Source of the DNA: Chloroflexota bacterium
GTDB taxonomy: Bacteria > Chloroflexota > Dehalococcoidia > Lucifugimonadales > UBA3495
Length of the DNA: 64,000 nucleotides
Assembly (NCBI GenBank): GCA_022573285.1
Contig: JACZUF010000010.1
Span: 5,602-69,601 of the forward strand
Reading direction: 5' to 3'
Shown: one piece after another, positions 55,146 to 63,494 of the stretch
Layout: the number at the start of each line of letters is the position of its first letter
Position numbering within the stretch: position 1 is the stretch's first letter
Notes under the pieces: model-generated
Databases searched by the model: none
Told to the model about the DNA's origin: nothing
Seen by the model: only the letters and a program-made list of their open reading frames with translations
Translations under genes and position numbers: made by a program

Positions 55146-56468
55146 TTAGTTGCATCCCTCACCCTCGGTGTGCAGGCACCACATCACCACTTGGCCGCCT
55201 CGCACCTCGATGCGTCTGACCGTGCTGTCCTGTGAACCGACGTACACTGAGTCGCCGTCGGCGACCAACGGGGCTTTGATCTCGGCATCTCCCAGTGTCA
55301 GATTGGACAACTCACGCTGTAAGCCCAGGTTCGCGGGCCCGGTGTCCAGCAATATGAGCTTGCCAGCTTTGGCCGCCACCACCAAGCCCCTCGGCACCAG
55401 CACCGGGGATGACACTATGGCCGATCCCACATCGTGCTTCCAGAGCAGGTTGCCGTTTCGGTCCAGAGCGTAGATATTGCCGTCCATGTTGGGGGCGAAG
55501 ATGTTCTTCCCGTCGGTTACGGCCCCGGCCCAGAACCAGTTTTCGGCCTCGAAGGTCCACTCCACGGTCCCATCATCCGCCGATAAGGCGTACAGCTTCT
55601 TGTCGAAGGACCCGGCGATGACCTTGCCGTCAAAGACCAGGGGTTTCCCGGCCACCACGCCTCCGGTCTCGTACTGCCAGAGTTCCTTGCCGTCGTTTAA
55701 CGTCACCGCGTAGACCTTGTGGTCGTGGGAGCCAAAGTACCCGATGCCGTTTTCCACCGCCGGGGTGGACCAGATGGCGGCGCCGGTTTGGAAGGGGTCC
55801 CAGGCCCGGTCTCCGGATTTGGCGTTATAAGCGTAGAGACGCCCGTCTTCGGACGGGGCCAACACCAGGTCGTTCACAGGGTCGTAGGCTGGGCCGGCGA
55901 TCAAGGGCTCCAACTCTTCCGGTTGGCCCTGAGGCCGCCGCCAGCCGCCGGCTGCCAGGCTGCCGGTTTCCTTGTCTATTGCGTAGAGAAACCCGTCTTG
56001 GGCGCTTACGTAGACCAGGTCACCGACTACCAAAGGAGAGTGGTACACCCCTTGCAGACCGGGTTGACTCTGGGAGGGTGGGAAGCTCCAGCTTTCCCGG
56101 ACGCCCTCGAAGCCGTTGTCGACGAGGGCAATCACCTGACCCTCCTTGGTGGCGACGTAGACCACCCCGTCCTTGCTGGCCGGTGGGTTCCAGCCGGTCC
56201 CTTCACCACCGATATTTCGCGTGCAGCCGGCCAGAAGCGGCAACAGAATCAGGGCGCCAAGGGCCACCAGCTGCCAGTTTGCCCTTCTCGCCCGACTGGG
56301 AGAGGCTTCTGTCCGCGCCGTTTGTGTTGAGTGACCGCCGGGCCACCTGTTTTTACCGCTGAACAGCCGGAGCAAATTCCCGGAGGATTTGACGCCGTAT
56401 GAGTTAGTGGTTGGTCTGGTGAATGATTGGAAGATGGTAAGTCCCAACAGACGAATAAGCGTTCTCAC
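55146..56468 (-). CDS. PQQ-like beta-propeller repeat lipoprotein (BamB-like fold)
   Basis: Lipobox LLPLLAGC. Repeated motifs of the type G.VYV...DG.LYALD..TG...W run throughout. The GTG start overlaps the yidD stop (GTGA). The true start could be further downstream. Confidence 0.8.
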   Translation of the reverse strand: MRTLIRLLGLTIFQSFTRPTTNSYGVKSSGNLLRLFSGKNRWPGGHSTQTARTEASPSRARRANWQLVALGALILLPLLAGCTRNIGGEGTGWNPPASKDGVVYVATKEGQVIALVDNGFEGVRESWSFPPSQSQPGLQGVYHSPLVVGDLVYVSAQDGFLYAIDKETGSLAAGGWRRPQGQPEELEPLIAGPAYDPVNDLVLAPSEDGRLYAYNAKSGDRAWDPFQTGAAIWSTPAVENGIGYFGSHDHKVYAVTLNDGKELWQYETGGVVAGKPLVFDGKVIAGSFDKKLYALSADDGTVEWTFEAENWFWAGAVTDGKNIFAPNMDGNIYALDRNGNLLWKHDVGSAIVSSPVLVPRGLVVAAKAGKLILLDTGPANLGLQRELSNLTLGDAEIKAPLVADGDSVYVGSQDSTVRRIEVRGGQVVMWCLHTEGEGCN

Positions 56469-56674
56469 GGTACCGGGTCATATCCCTGGCCGCCCAGAGG
56501 ACGGCAGCGCCCCAGCCGTTTGATGCCAAGCCAGATTCCCTTGACGATCCCATACTTCTCCACGGCTTCCTGGGAGTAGTGCGAGCAACTGGGGTAAAAC
56601 CGGCAGGATGAGGGCAACAGGGGTGATAGGGTCCGTTGATAGACCCAGATCACCGAGAGCACAACATATTTCAT
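56465..56674 (-). CDS. yidD: membrane protein insertion efficiency factor YidD
   Basis: [31 protein letters not shown] is the YidD signature. Confidence 0.9.
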   Translation of the reverse strand: MKYVVLSVIWVYQRTLSPLLPSSCRFYPSCSHYSQEAVEKYGIVKGIWLGIKRLGRCRPLGGQGYDPVP

Positions 56675-56712
56675 CTAAGCAAGTCCGTTGGTTAATTAAC
56701 GCGCCGGCGGGC

Positions 56713-57096
56713 CTACGGGTCTAATGGCTTGTCCACGGTATGCCCTGGACCGGTGGGCTGTGGACCGCTGTCCACCAACTTGGCGCGCCGCAACAGATTG
56801 TCCGTTGCTTCCTTTAGTTCCTGGTACTTGGCGGTCCCGGCCCCGCGCCGGGCTATGAATAAGGCGTCCCAGCCGGCTTTCACCGGGTTCAGGCGGACGG
56901 CCTCCCGCAGGCGGCGTTTCACCCTGTTCCTAACGGCCGCGTTGCCGATGCGCTTACTGACCAGGAATCCGAAGCGGCTACAGTCCGAACCATTGGCCAG
57001 ATACCTTATAACCAATAGCCGATTGGCTGCGCTGCTGCCCTCGACATGGATCTGCGAAAACCGTCTGCTGCCAGTTAACCGTTGCCTGCGTTGCAT
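56713..57096 (-). CDS. rnpA: ribonuclease P protein component RnpA
   Basis: RFGFLVSKRIGNAVVRNRVKRRLREA-type motif, positioned between rpmH and yidD. Confidence 0.9.
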   Translation of the reverse strand: MQRRQRLTGSRRFSQIHVEGSSAANRLLVIRYLANGSDCSRFGFLVSKRIGNAAVRNRVKRRLREAVRLNPVKAGWDALFIARRGAGTAKYQELKEATDNLLRRAKLVDSGPQPTGPGHTVDKPLDP

Positions 57097-57124
57097 TACC
57101 GGGCTGAATTACCGGGCACTGTGT

Positions 57125-57262
57125 TCAGACGGTCAGTTTGTGACGGCCCTTGAACCGCCGTCGCTTGAGAATCGCCCGCCCGTCGGAAGTGCTGGAGCGG
57201 TGGCGAAAGCCATGGACGCGAAACCTGCGTCGTTTCTTGGGTTGGTAGGTACGTTTAGGCAC
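57125..57262 (-). CDS. rpmH: 50S ribosomal protein L34
   Basis: Not in the ORF track because it is under 60 aa. My translation from the GTG at 57260-57262: [45 protein letters not shown]. Confidence 0.9.
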   Translation of the reverse strand: MPKRTYQPKKRRRFRVHGFRHRSSTSDGRAILKRRRFKGRHKLTV

Positions 57263-57348
57263 AGAAATACATCCTTATCTGCTGGAATTATAGGCGTGCC
57301 CAAATATGGCGTCAAGGAGCCCCGGCGGCTTCGGCCCTGTTTGCCCGC

Positions 57349-57798
57349 CTACTGGGAGCCGGGCCCCGCCATACGAACGAATGCCAGCCGGTAATTGGGG
57401 GCCCAGAGATCGTCGTATCCCTCCAGTCCCAATTCCCGCCGCCCCGCGTTGTGCCAGAGGCAGATGGCGTCCCGGCGGCCGTGGTTGCCCAGCCAAGGGT
57501 CATGAAGAAAGGCCACCGGCCCCTCCAACTGCACCTCCGGGTACTCGATCCCGAAGTAGAGCGCGTCCTCGTACAAAGGACGCTCCAGACCCTGCTTGGC
57601 CGCTTCGGCGGTGGCCTCTTCGGACGAAACGGGGTGATCGAAGCTGAGGAGGACAATCTCATGCAACATTTTGCCTTTGAAGGGCCTGGCCGGGAAATTG
57701 TCGGAGATCACCTGCGAGTGGCAGTAGCCGTAGTTGGCCGCCGCCACCAGTTCCTCGGTGGTCCTTCCGTCTCCCAGGGTGATGTGGTATACGTTCAA
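57349..57798 (-). CDS. hypothetical protein (149 aa)
   Basis: Clean ORF with coding-like composition. I recognise no domain. Confidence 0.65.
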   Translation of the reverse strand: MNVYHITLGDGRTTEELVAAANYGYCHSQVISDNFPARPFKGKMLHEIVLLSFDHPVSSEEATAEAAKQGLERPLYEDALYFGIEYPEVQLEGPVAFLHDPWLGNHGRRDAICLWHNAGRRELGLEGYDDLWAPNYRLAFVRMAGPGSQ

Positions 57799-57840
57799 AC
57801 CGCACCCTTCACTAGGCCAAGATGTCGGGCTGGCGCCCCT

Positions 57841-58194
57841 CTAGTCAGCCGCCACGCGCTGGAAGGATGTTTTGGGGAAGGACGCCAACAAAACCGCCTT
57901 GGCGCCGGAGCGGTTGACGAAGCCGTGTTTCACTCCCGCCGGGGCCAATACCGTGTCGCCGGGCCCCAAGGTGACCACCTTGTCTCCCAGCACCGCTTCC
58001 AGTCGTCCTTCCACTATGACCATCGCCTCTTCAGTGTCGGGATGAATGTGGGTGGTGACGCTGGCGCCCGGGTCAATCTCCAGATGCGCCACCCATAATG
58101 ATTTGGCCCCGTGGCTGGCGTCCACCAGAATGGTCCTGAGAATCCCTGGGTATCCCTCTTCCGTCTTGGCGTCCATCCGGTGCAAGATAGGCAT
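57841..58194 (-). CDS. cupin domain protein
   Basis: ATG at 58192-58194 with AGGAGGG upstream. Contains HIHPDTEEAMVIVEGRLE...GDTVLAPAGVKHGF cupin motifs. Confidence 0.8.
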   Translation of the reverse strand: MPILHRMDAKTEEGYPGILRTILVDASHGAKSLWVAHLEIDPGASVTTHIHPDTEEAMVIVEGRLEAVLGDKVVTLGPGDTVLAPAGVKHGFVNRSGAKAVLLASFPKTSFQRVAAD

Positions 58195-58288
58195 CAGAAC
58201 CCTCCTAACTGAATGACCCGTCATGAATAATAGCAGTCGAAGACTCCCAAGCGTTCCAGACAACATATCGTATAATACCAACGCACAG

Positions 58289-58321
58289 GCCGAAGTGGCG
58301 AAATGGTAGACGCGCCGGTCT
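58289..58321 (+). pseudogene. tRNA-Leu 5' fragment (33 nt, perfect copy of 61834-61866)
   Basis: gccgaagtggcgaaatggtagacgcgccggtct. Identity ends 2 nt into the anticodon loop. A consensus TATAAT lies at 58271-58276, upstream. Confidence 0.85.
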
Positions 58322-58391
58322 TCTGGCCGCGAAACAACGATGGACAGAAGCCCTGATTCGGCAATCAGGATCAAGTGATGAAAGTGCAACA

Positions 58392-58685
58392 ATGAACAGG
58401 CGACCCAGCCTCACAACCATGTTGAGGCAGTACAAAAAGGCCACGACCACCACTCGGGGTACGCCCCGCCAACGGATGCTGAAAGACGAGTGGTTCCAGC
58501 TTCGATATGCTGTTTTGAAGTCCACGCCTTACGATTGGGTCGAGTCGGCGTTCATAACCTCGGTCCGGAGAAAGTCTGCGGCCAATCGAGTTGCAATCAT
58601 GCGGGAGATGGAATTACTAGCCGGGGATCAGCAGCGGGAGTTTGTGTTAAGGACGTTTGCAGGGTTTAGGCCAGGCTTGCGGTAG
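58392..58685 (+). CDS. hypothetical protein (97 aa), weakly supported
   Basis: It is the only + strand ORF in the islet and I recognise no motif. Confidence 0.3.
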   Translation: MNRRPSLTTMLRQYKKATTTTRGTPRQRMLKDEWFQLRYAVLKSTPYDWVESAFITSVRRKSAANRVAIMREMELLAGDQQREFVLRTFAGFRPGLR

Positions 58686-58727
58686 GTAATTCCAAGGCTC
58701 CCAATCTGACAATAGAGTTGGCAATAA

Positions 58728-59162
58728 TTAATTTCCAAGCTTTTCCCTAATCTGAAGCCACATTTCTTGATAAGAGGCGCAAAGATTGGTAGATGGACAG
58801 AAAAAAAGTGTCGCTGAACTTAGCGCCCCCACATCGACAGGGCGGAAGTTCTCCGAATCCATGTCGAATTCCCAAGTTTCTTTGGTATCGGGATCGTATG
58901 GGTCAAACCGGAAAGTGACTCGATAATTCTCTCCTGCCGCCCGTTCTGTGGACCCCAAGGCCAGGAGACTGATTGACCAATATTCCAGATACTGTTCCTT
59001 TAATTCCACATCCTCCGTTTTATCAAGGTCAGGGGAATCCAGTACGGCATTGTAAAAAGCACTTAGGACTTCATTGGTACGTGCCTCGTTTTCCCCCGAT
59101 GAACATGCCAAGGAGAGTACAGCAAGAATCAGAAGTACCATTACCTTGTGCCAGTGTTGCAT
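58728..59162 (-). CDS. small lipoprotein (144 aa), unknown function
   Basis: Signal peptide plus lipobox VLSLACSSG. GGGAG lies upstream of the ATG. Confidence 0.7.
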   Translation of the reverse strand: MQHWHKVMVLLILAVLSLACSSGENEARTNEVLSAFYNAVLDSPDLDKTEDVELKEQYLEYWSISLLALGSTERAAGENYRVTFRFDPYDPDTKETWEFDMDSENFRPVDVGALSSATLFFCPSTNLCASYQEMWLQIREKLGN

Positions 59163-59171
59163 CGTGAGACT

Positions 59172-59250
59172 CCCTTGTAGCAGGCAGGATTCTCGCTGTA
59201 AGGACCGCTGTCAGCACCGCGCGGGTATAAGTTGGTTTTACCAGAATGGC
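59172..59250. repeat. leader repeat A1 (partner 60996-61075)
   Basis: cccttgtagcaggcaggattctcgct is identical in both copies, followed by about 85% identity through ...ttttaccagaa(t/c)ggc. It lies immediately 5' of a lipoprotein start codon on the minus strand. Confidence 0.85.
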
Positions 59251-59335
59251 TGTTACCGAATGATCCGAAGCGGCTCTGAGAACTACTTGCCCCTGGTAGG
59301 CAGGAAATGATGTACCGCTGTATATATTAATTTGC

Positions 59336-59370
59336 CTCTCACAAATATTGAAATTTGGGAAAATCGGGTT
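59336..59370. repeat. repeat B1 (partner 60413-60447)
   Basis: ctctcacaaatattgaaatttgggaaaatcgggtt versus ctctcacaaatattgaaatttagaaaatcggtttt. Confidence 0.85.
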
Positions 59371-59379
59371 CCGCAGTAC

Positions 59380-60384
59380 TTACCCACCACTCATTATTTC
59401 ATCGAGGACACGAGCGCAGTTAGATATCGAATCCTGCGTTGGAGTCCTTGCGCCTGTTCTCCGCGCCAACTCAATGTCTCCTTCCATGCCAACTATTCGT
59501 TCGATCGCTCTGTTAACGTCTGGCCCCGCGTCCTGCGGTGAAGAGGAAATCGAAAGAGACATAATAGCGTCAGCGGCCCCAGTGGCATTTATACAGAAGG
59601 GCCAATCAGATCGGTAGTCGATTCCTATCTGTTCATACTCGTCAAAGAACTCAAATAGCGAGTCGAACAATGAATTGGAAAGTCGGGTCCTCGCCTCTTC
59701 AAATTGGGTTTGCCGTGGTATTCCAGCAATTGCCGCACCGGCCCAAAATAGTTCTGCTAATGCAGCGAAAACTTCCGGCGAGCCAGTCTGTTGGTCGAGC
59801 GACGAATTGGCTATACCAGAGGTCGAGCCCGAAGTGCTCTTAGATTCGTCGTAGACCGTTTCAGCGACTTGGAGAGCGGCGGATATCAACCCTTCGGCCA
59901 GTGACCTCTGTTCGGCGAATTCATCGAGGGCCTCTGTAGTGGGAATACCCCTATTTCTCGCGAACTCCGCATAGACGGAATATATAGCGTCTAATCCTTG
60001 TCTCGCTAACCTGAAGCTCTTTGCCATTTCTAGACCCAATTCGTTGTTGCGCCCAGGAATAGCCTCAGAACTAACGCTCAACCCCTCGATGTCATCCTGG
60101 TGCTGCAAAATTCTCTCAAGATTTGTTCTTGCCGAGTCGAAGGACTGTACTGTTGCCATAGTACTGTCAATGCTAACGGTTTCGAGCGCTTGATCGAGCA
60201 CCGTGAGGTATTCGATGAGTATCGGGCTGATAGTCCTTGTGTACGCCGCTGTCTGTCTCTCTTCTCGAAGTTGTTGAGCAGTTTGCGTCGGAGAAGATTC
60301 AACTCCCTTATTGGTTGCACATGCGCCACTAATGAGGAAGATCGCGATTAAAAGTAGAGTGGTAATCGATCGATAAAAAAACAC
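59380..60384 (-). CDS. lipoprotein (334 aa), helical, unknown function
   Basis: GTG start. Signal peptide plus lipobox IFLISGACATN. Flanked by repeats B1 and B2. Confidence 0.7.
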   Translation of the reverse strand: MFFYRSITTLLLIAIFLISGACATNKGVESSPTQTAQQLREERQTAAYTRTISPILIEYLTVLDQALETVSIDSTMATVQSFDSARTNLERILQHQDDIEGLSVSSEAIPGRNNELGLEMAKSFRLARQGLDAIYSVYAEFARNRGIPTTEALDEFAEQRSLAEGLISAALQVAETVYDESKSTSGSTSGIANSSLDQQTGSPEVFAALAELFWAGAAIAGIPRQTQFEEARTRLSNSLFDSLFEFFDEYEQIGIDYRSDWPFCINATGAADAIMSLSISSSPQDAGPDVNRAIERIVGMEGDIELARRTGARTPTQDSISNCARVLDEIMSGG

Positions 60385-60412
60385 CGCGTCACCCGTCTAC
60401 GTATTACTTGGG

Positions 60413-60447
60413 CTCTCACAAATATTGAAATTTAGAAAATCGGTTTT
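60413..60447. repeat. repeat B2
   Basis: See B1. This copy lies about 30 nt upstream of the 334-aa gene start. Confidence 0.85.
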
Positions 60448-60554
60448 CTGGAGTCTGCACTACCTAACTCGCGAAAAAGGATTGATTACGGGTTGTAGAC
60501 ATCCGCCGGTAGAAGTTCCTCCCACCGGTCCCGTCCCGCGTATTTGTTTGCACT

Positions 60555-60989
60555 CTACTTCAGGCTCCGAATTTCAGATTCGACTCTAGTTTGGTTATGC
60601 ACCAGAACTTGCCGCTCACCCATGAGTTCTTCTAACTCAGACTGCAATACTCGTGTCTTTTTTTTCAAGGAAAGGATGTTTTGTTCGTAACCAATACATT
60701 CATATGGCCTGCCCGAGGGAGTACGGGCACATCTAGAAACATTATTCGTCATACGAATTAGAGCCGACGTTAGTCCACTCTGTAGGTCGAAAATACCCGA
60801 CATTGCCTCATCAATCTTCCGGTCCGTTATAGATATATTTGATTCAATCGCCGCCAATTGTTGTTCTTTAACTCGGATTTGTCCGATGTTTGGATTTGGA
60901 CTCGCAGTTGGAATTGACGCTGAATTACATGCTGCGAGCGCAGTCAGCAGGAGCATGGGGAATAAGAGAAGTCTAGCTAACCCAATCAT
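60555..60989 (-). CDS. small lipoprotein (144 aa) with coiled-coil character
   Basis: Lipobox LLTALAACNSA. Heptad-like segments QQLAAIESNISITDRKIDEA and LQSELEELMGERQVL. Confidence 0.7.
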   Translation of the reverse strand: MIGLARLLLFPMLLLTALAACNSASIPTASPNPNIGQIRVKEQQLAAIESNISITDRKIDEAMSGIFDLQSGLTSALIRMTNNVSRCARTPSGRPYECIGYEQNILSLKKKTRVLQSELEELMGERQVLVHNQTRVESEIRSLK

Positions 60990-60995
60990 ATGAGC

Positions 60996-61075
60996 CCCTT
61001 GTAGCAGGCAGGATTCTCGCTACAAGCACCGCTGTCAGCGCCGTGCCGGTATCAGTTGGATTTTACCAGAACGGC
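60996..61075. repeat. leader repeat A2
   Basis: See A1. This copy lies immediately 5' of the 60989 start codon on the minus strand. Confidence 0.85.
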
Positions 61076-61833
61076 AATTGCAGAGAAATGAGGCTGGTGT
61101 GGCCCCAACAGCCGATCGCCACGCCTCGAACGTGCATTGAGCGCGTCATTTGTTGTCAAATTACATTCAGGTTATCAACACCAGCAACCGTCGATTAATA
61201 GTCACGAAAAGAGCCTGAAATAGCTTGTTAGTCGTCCCCGCTCGCCTGTAAAGGTGCGGTGTAAGTGGCTAGGGTTTTGGCGGCCCCTGGCGGGCGTTAG
61301 GTGGCCATTGTGGCCAGTTATCAGTCGTCGGGCATACCCGTTTTTGCACGTAGAATCACCTGGCACGGATCAGCCCTTATTGCACGGTTTGACAACCTAC
61401 CCGTGAGACCCTTTTAGCATTCAAAATACAATCACCCGACTACGGGTAGGTAGGTTTCTAGTGCAAAAAGCCTTATTCACCTAACAAGGATCGATAGGAT
61501 TCTAATGTGGCCGGGGAAACACTGGCCATGAATGCGCGCGTAACGTCAGCTATGTCCTCGATTTAAGTTATGGCGGCGGCAGCCGATAAGAGAAGAGGAA
61601 TAGCCCTTACCGGCCCCGTTACCCCCGGTATTTGGACGCAGCTAGCGTGAAGAGAGGCTCATAGCTTGAGGCGAAGAAAGAACCTCAGTTCCATCTGCCA
61701 AGACCGCCGCACTAATTAGTTGGCGATATCCAAGTCCAGGTCTTCAAGCATCTGCTTGGTTACTGGGCCTGCTGCTCTGACCAACTGCAACACTGATGGC
61801 AAAAGCCAGCTTTTACGCGTAAAATGGCCACAA

Positions 61834-61919
61834 GCCGAAGTGGCGAAATGGTAGACGCGCCGGTCTCAAAAACCGGTGGGGGTGACTCCGTGTCAGTTCG
61901 ACTCTGACCTTCGGCACCA
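61834..61919 (+). tRNA. tRNA-Leu (anticodon CAA), type II with long variable arm, CCA encoded
   Basis: Acceptor gccgaag/cttcggc, anticodon stem ccggt/accgg with loop ctcaaaa, variable arm tgggggtgactccgtg, T-arm gtcag-ttcgact-ctgac. Confidence 0.95.
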
Positions 61920-61953
61920 GGATTTTTAGCTTAAAACAAAAAGGGGGTTCCCA

Positions 61954-62481
61954 ATGTCCAAGATTAGCATGATCCATCACATCAATATCCAGATCACCGA
62001 CCGGGAGCGGACACGGGAATGGTACGAAAAGGTCCTCGGAGCCCAATTTCTGGACCGAGGCCCGGCGCTGAATCAAAGACAACTTCAACTGCGGATCGGC
62101 ACCGGGGAGATACACACCAGCGACACGCCCGAGGTGATAGAGGTGCCCCGCGTTCACTTCGCCATCGAAGTCGAGGACTGGGACGGAATGCTCTCTCACC
62201 TGGAATCCGTAGACGTGCATTACTCCCGGACGGCAGGCGGAGCTTTTGCGTCTGTCGGCGATGATTCCAGCCAAGGCCACCGCGAGGACACCAACGAACA
62301 TTACACCTACATCAATGACCCAGATGGAAATTTGATCGAATTGGTATATCACCCCCTCGGCCTTGAAAGCTCGCGGGGCGCGAAAATGGGTCTATTGAAA
62401 GATGACGATAACGTGCGTTGGACGCAGCAGTCAGGATTCGTCGAGGATGCCTACAAGGCCCAACCCGTCCAGTCGTCTTGA
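61954..62481 (+). CDS. VOC family protein (glyoxalase/bleomycin resistance/dioxygenase fold)
   Basis: MIHHINIQITDRERTREWYEKVLGAQF...HFAIEVEDWDGM...YINDPDGNLIELV. Confidence 0.85.
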   Translation: MSKISMIHHINIQITDRERTREWYEKVLGAQFLDRGPALNQRQLQLRIGTGEIHTSDTPEVIEVPRVHFAIEVEDWDGMLSHLESVDVHYSRTAGGAFASVGDDSSQGHREDTNEHYTYINDPDGNLIELVYHPLGLESSRGAKMGLLKDDDNVRWTQQSGFVEDAYKAQPVQSS

Positions 62482-62842
62482 CCCGGCAGATATAGCAACT
62501 TAAACGCCGGTCCAAGCGGCCCGCGCTTCTTCGACGCCGACTCGTCCCCCGGCGGTCTCTCTCGGACGGCCGCCGGGGTTGATCGTGCCGTCGGCTAGCT
62601 TCCCGATCCCCTAGACGGACCCGCTGCCCACACTTCATCGACCCCTCGGGCAAAAGTCTGGGCAACACCCGGACCGGATACCCTTCCACAGCATTGTTCT
62701 ACGTGGGGCCGGTGATTCCGCCGGTCTCTGTCGCCCTTCACAACGGTTACGGCCTTTCCCCCAGGGTTTTTCGATTTTCTCAATTGCGATGGCTCCCCCG
62801 ACTCCATCGGGGCCAGACGATCGTCCAATTGACTTGTTAACT

Positions 62843-62911
62843 GTCATGCTGAGCGAAGCGAAGTATCTCGGACGTGGTTTACAGAGACCCTTCGCTGGCG
62901 CTCAGGATGAC
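62843..62911. repeat. REP-like inverted pair (related arm motif gtcaNNctgagcg..gaagNNtctc)
   Basis: gtcatgctgagcgaagcgaagtatctc, a 14-nt spacer, then gagacccttcgctggcgctcaggatgac (the inverse orientation of the same motif). Confidence 0.7.
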
Positions 62912-63033
62912 AATCGAAAAACCCCGCCTTTACCCGCACGTTTTGACATATTGCGGAAATGTGAATATCGTTGACCCGGTGAAATCCTTCGTGATTTATT
63001 AGGCTCGGCCGATTTCGAAAGCAGGTGTGAAAC

Positions 63034-63444
63034 ATGACAAAGCAGGGTGTGGTGCCCGATGAGTTGACCAAGCCCTTCTGGGAAGCCGCCAATGATGGGC
63101 GGCTGGTTATCCAGAACTGTACAGCCTGCAAGCGGCTCCAGAATCCCCCGGCGCCGGCATGCAGTCAATGCAGTTCGGGAGAGAATCTGGAATGGAAGGA
63201 GATGAGTGGGCGGGGCAAGATTTACAACTATGGGGTGGTGTACGACACTCCGGTAAAACTGCTTCAGGACGAGCAACCGTTCAACCTCGCGGTGATTACG
63301 TTGGACGACGACCCGGATATCCAGATGTACTCCCACCTCCCCGGAACTCCGGTGGACCAGGTCCCGGTGGGAGCCAGTGTAGAGGTCGTGTTCGAGGCAA
63401 CCGCCAACGGCCAAAAGGTCCCCGAATGGCGGGTGGCCGGTTAA
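63034..63444 (+). CDS. DUF35 family Zn-ribbon/OB-fold protein
   Basis: FWEAANDGRLVIQNCTACKRLQNPPAPACSQCSS...GRGKIYNYGVV...ITLDDDPDIQMYSHL. Confidence 0.85.
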   Translation: MTKQGVVPDELTKPFWEAANDGRLVIQNCTACKRLQNPPAPACSQCSSGENLEWKEMSGRGKIYNYGVVYDTPVKLLQDEQPFNLAVITLDDDPDIQMYSHLPGTPVDQVPVGASVEVVFEATANGQKVPEWRVAG

Positions 63445-63494
63445 ACCCGCCCATTTTTCCGGGTCCGTCGAAAGCTCATAGAAAGAGGTAAACA

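Larger units (their letters stand above)
58289..61866. mobile_element. tRNA-Leu-associated islet (about 3.5 kb), AT-richer, no recombinase
   Basis: Bounded by 33-bp perfect direct repeats (the tRNA 5' part). Content is small lipoprotein genes plus a roughly 750-bp non-coding tract. Composition is visibly lower in GC than the flanks. Confidence 0.6.

Noticed and set aside
57263-57348. Looked for dnaA and oriC (DnaA boxes) next to rpmH
   Set aside because: Only 86 nt separate rpmH from the next gene, which is not dnaA. I saw no TTATCCACA-like clusters.
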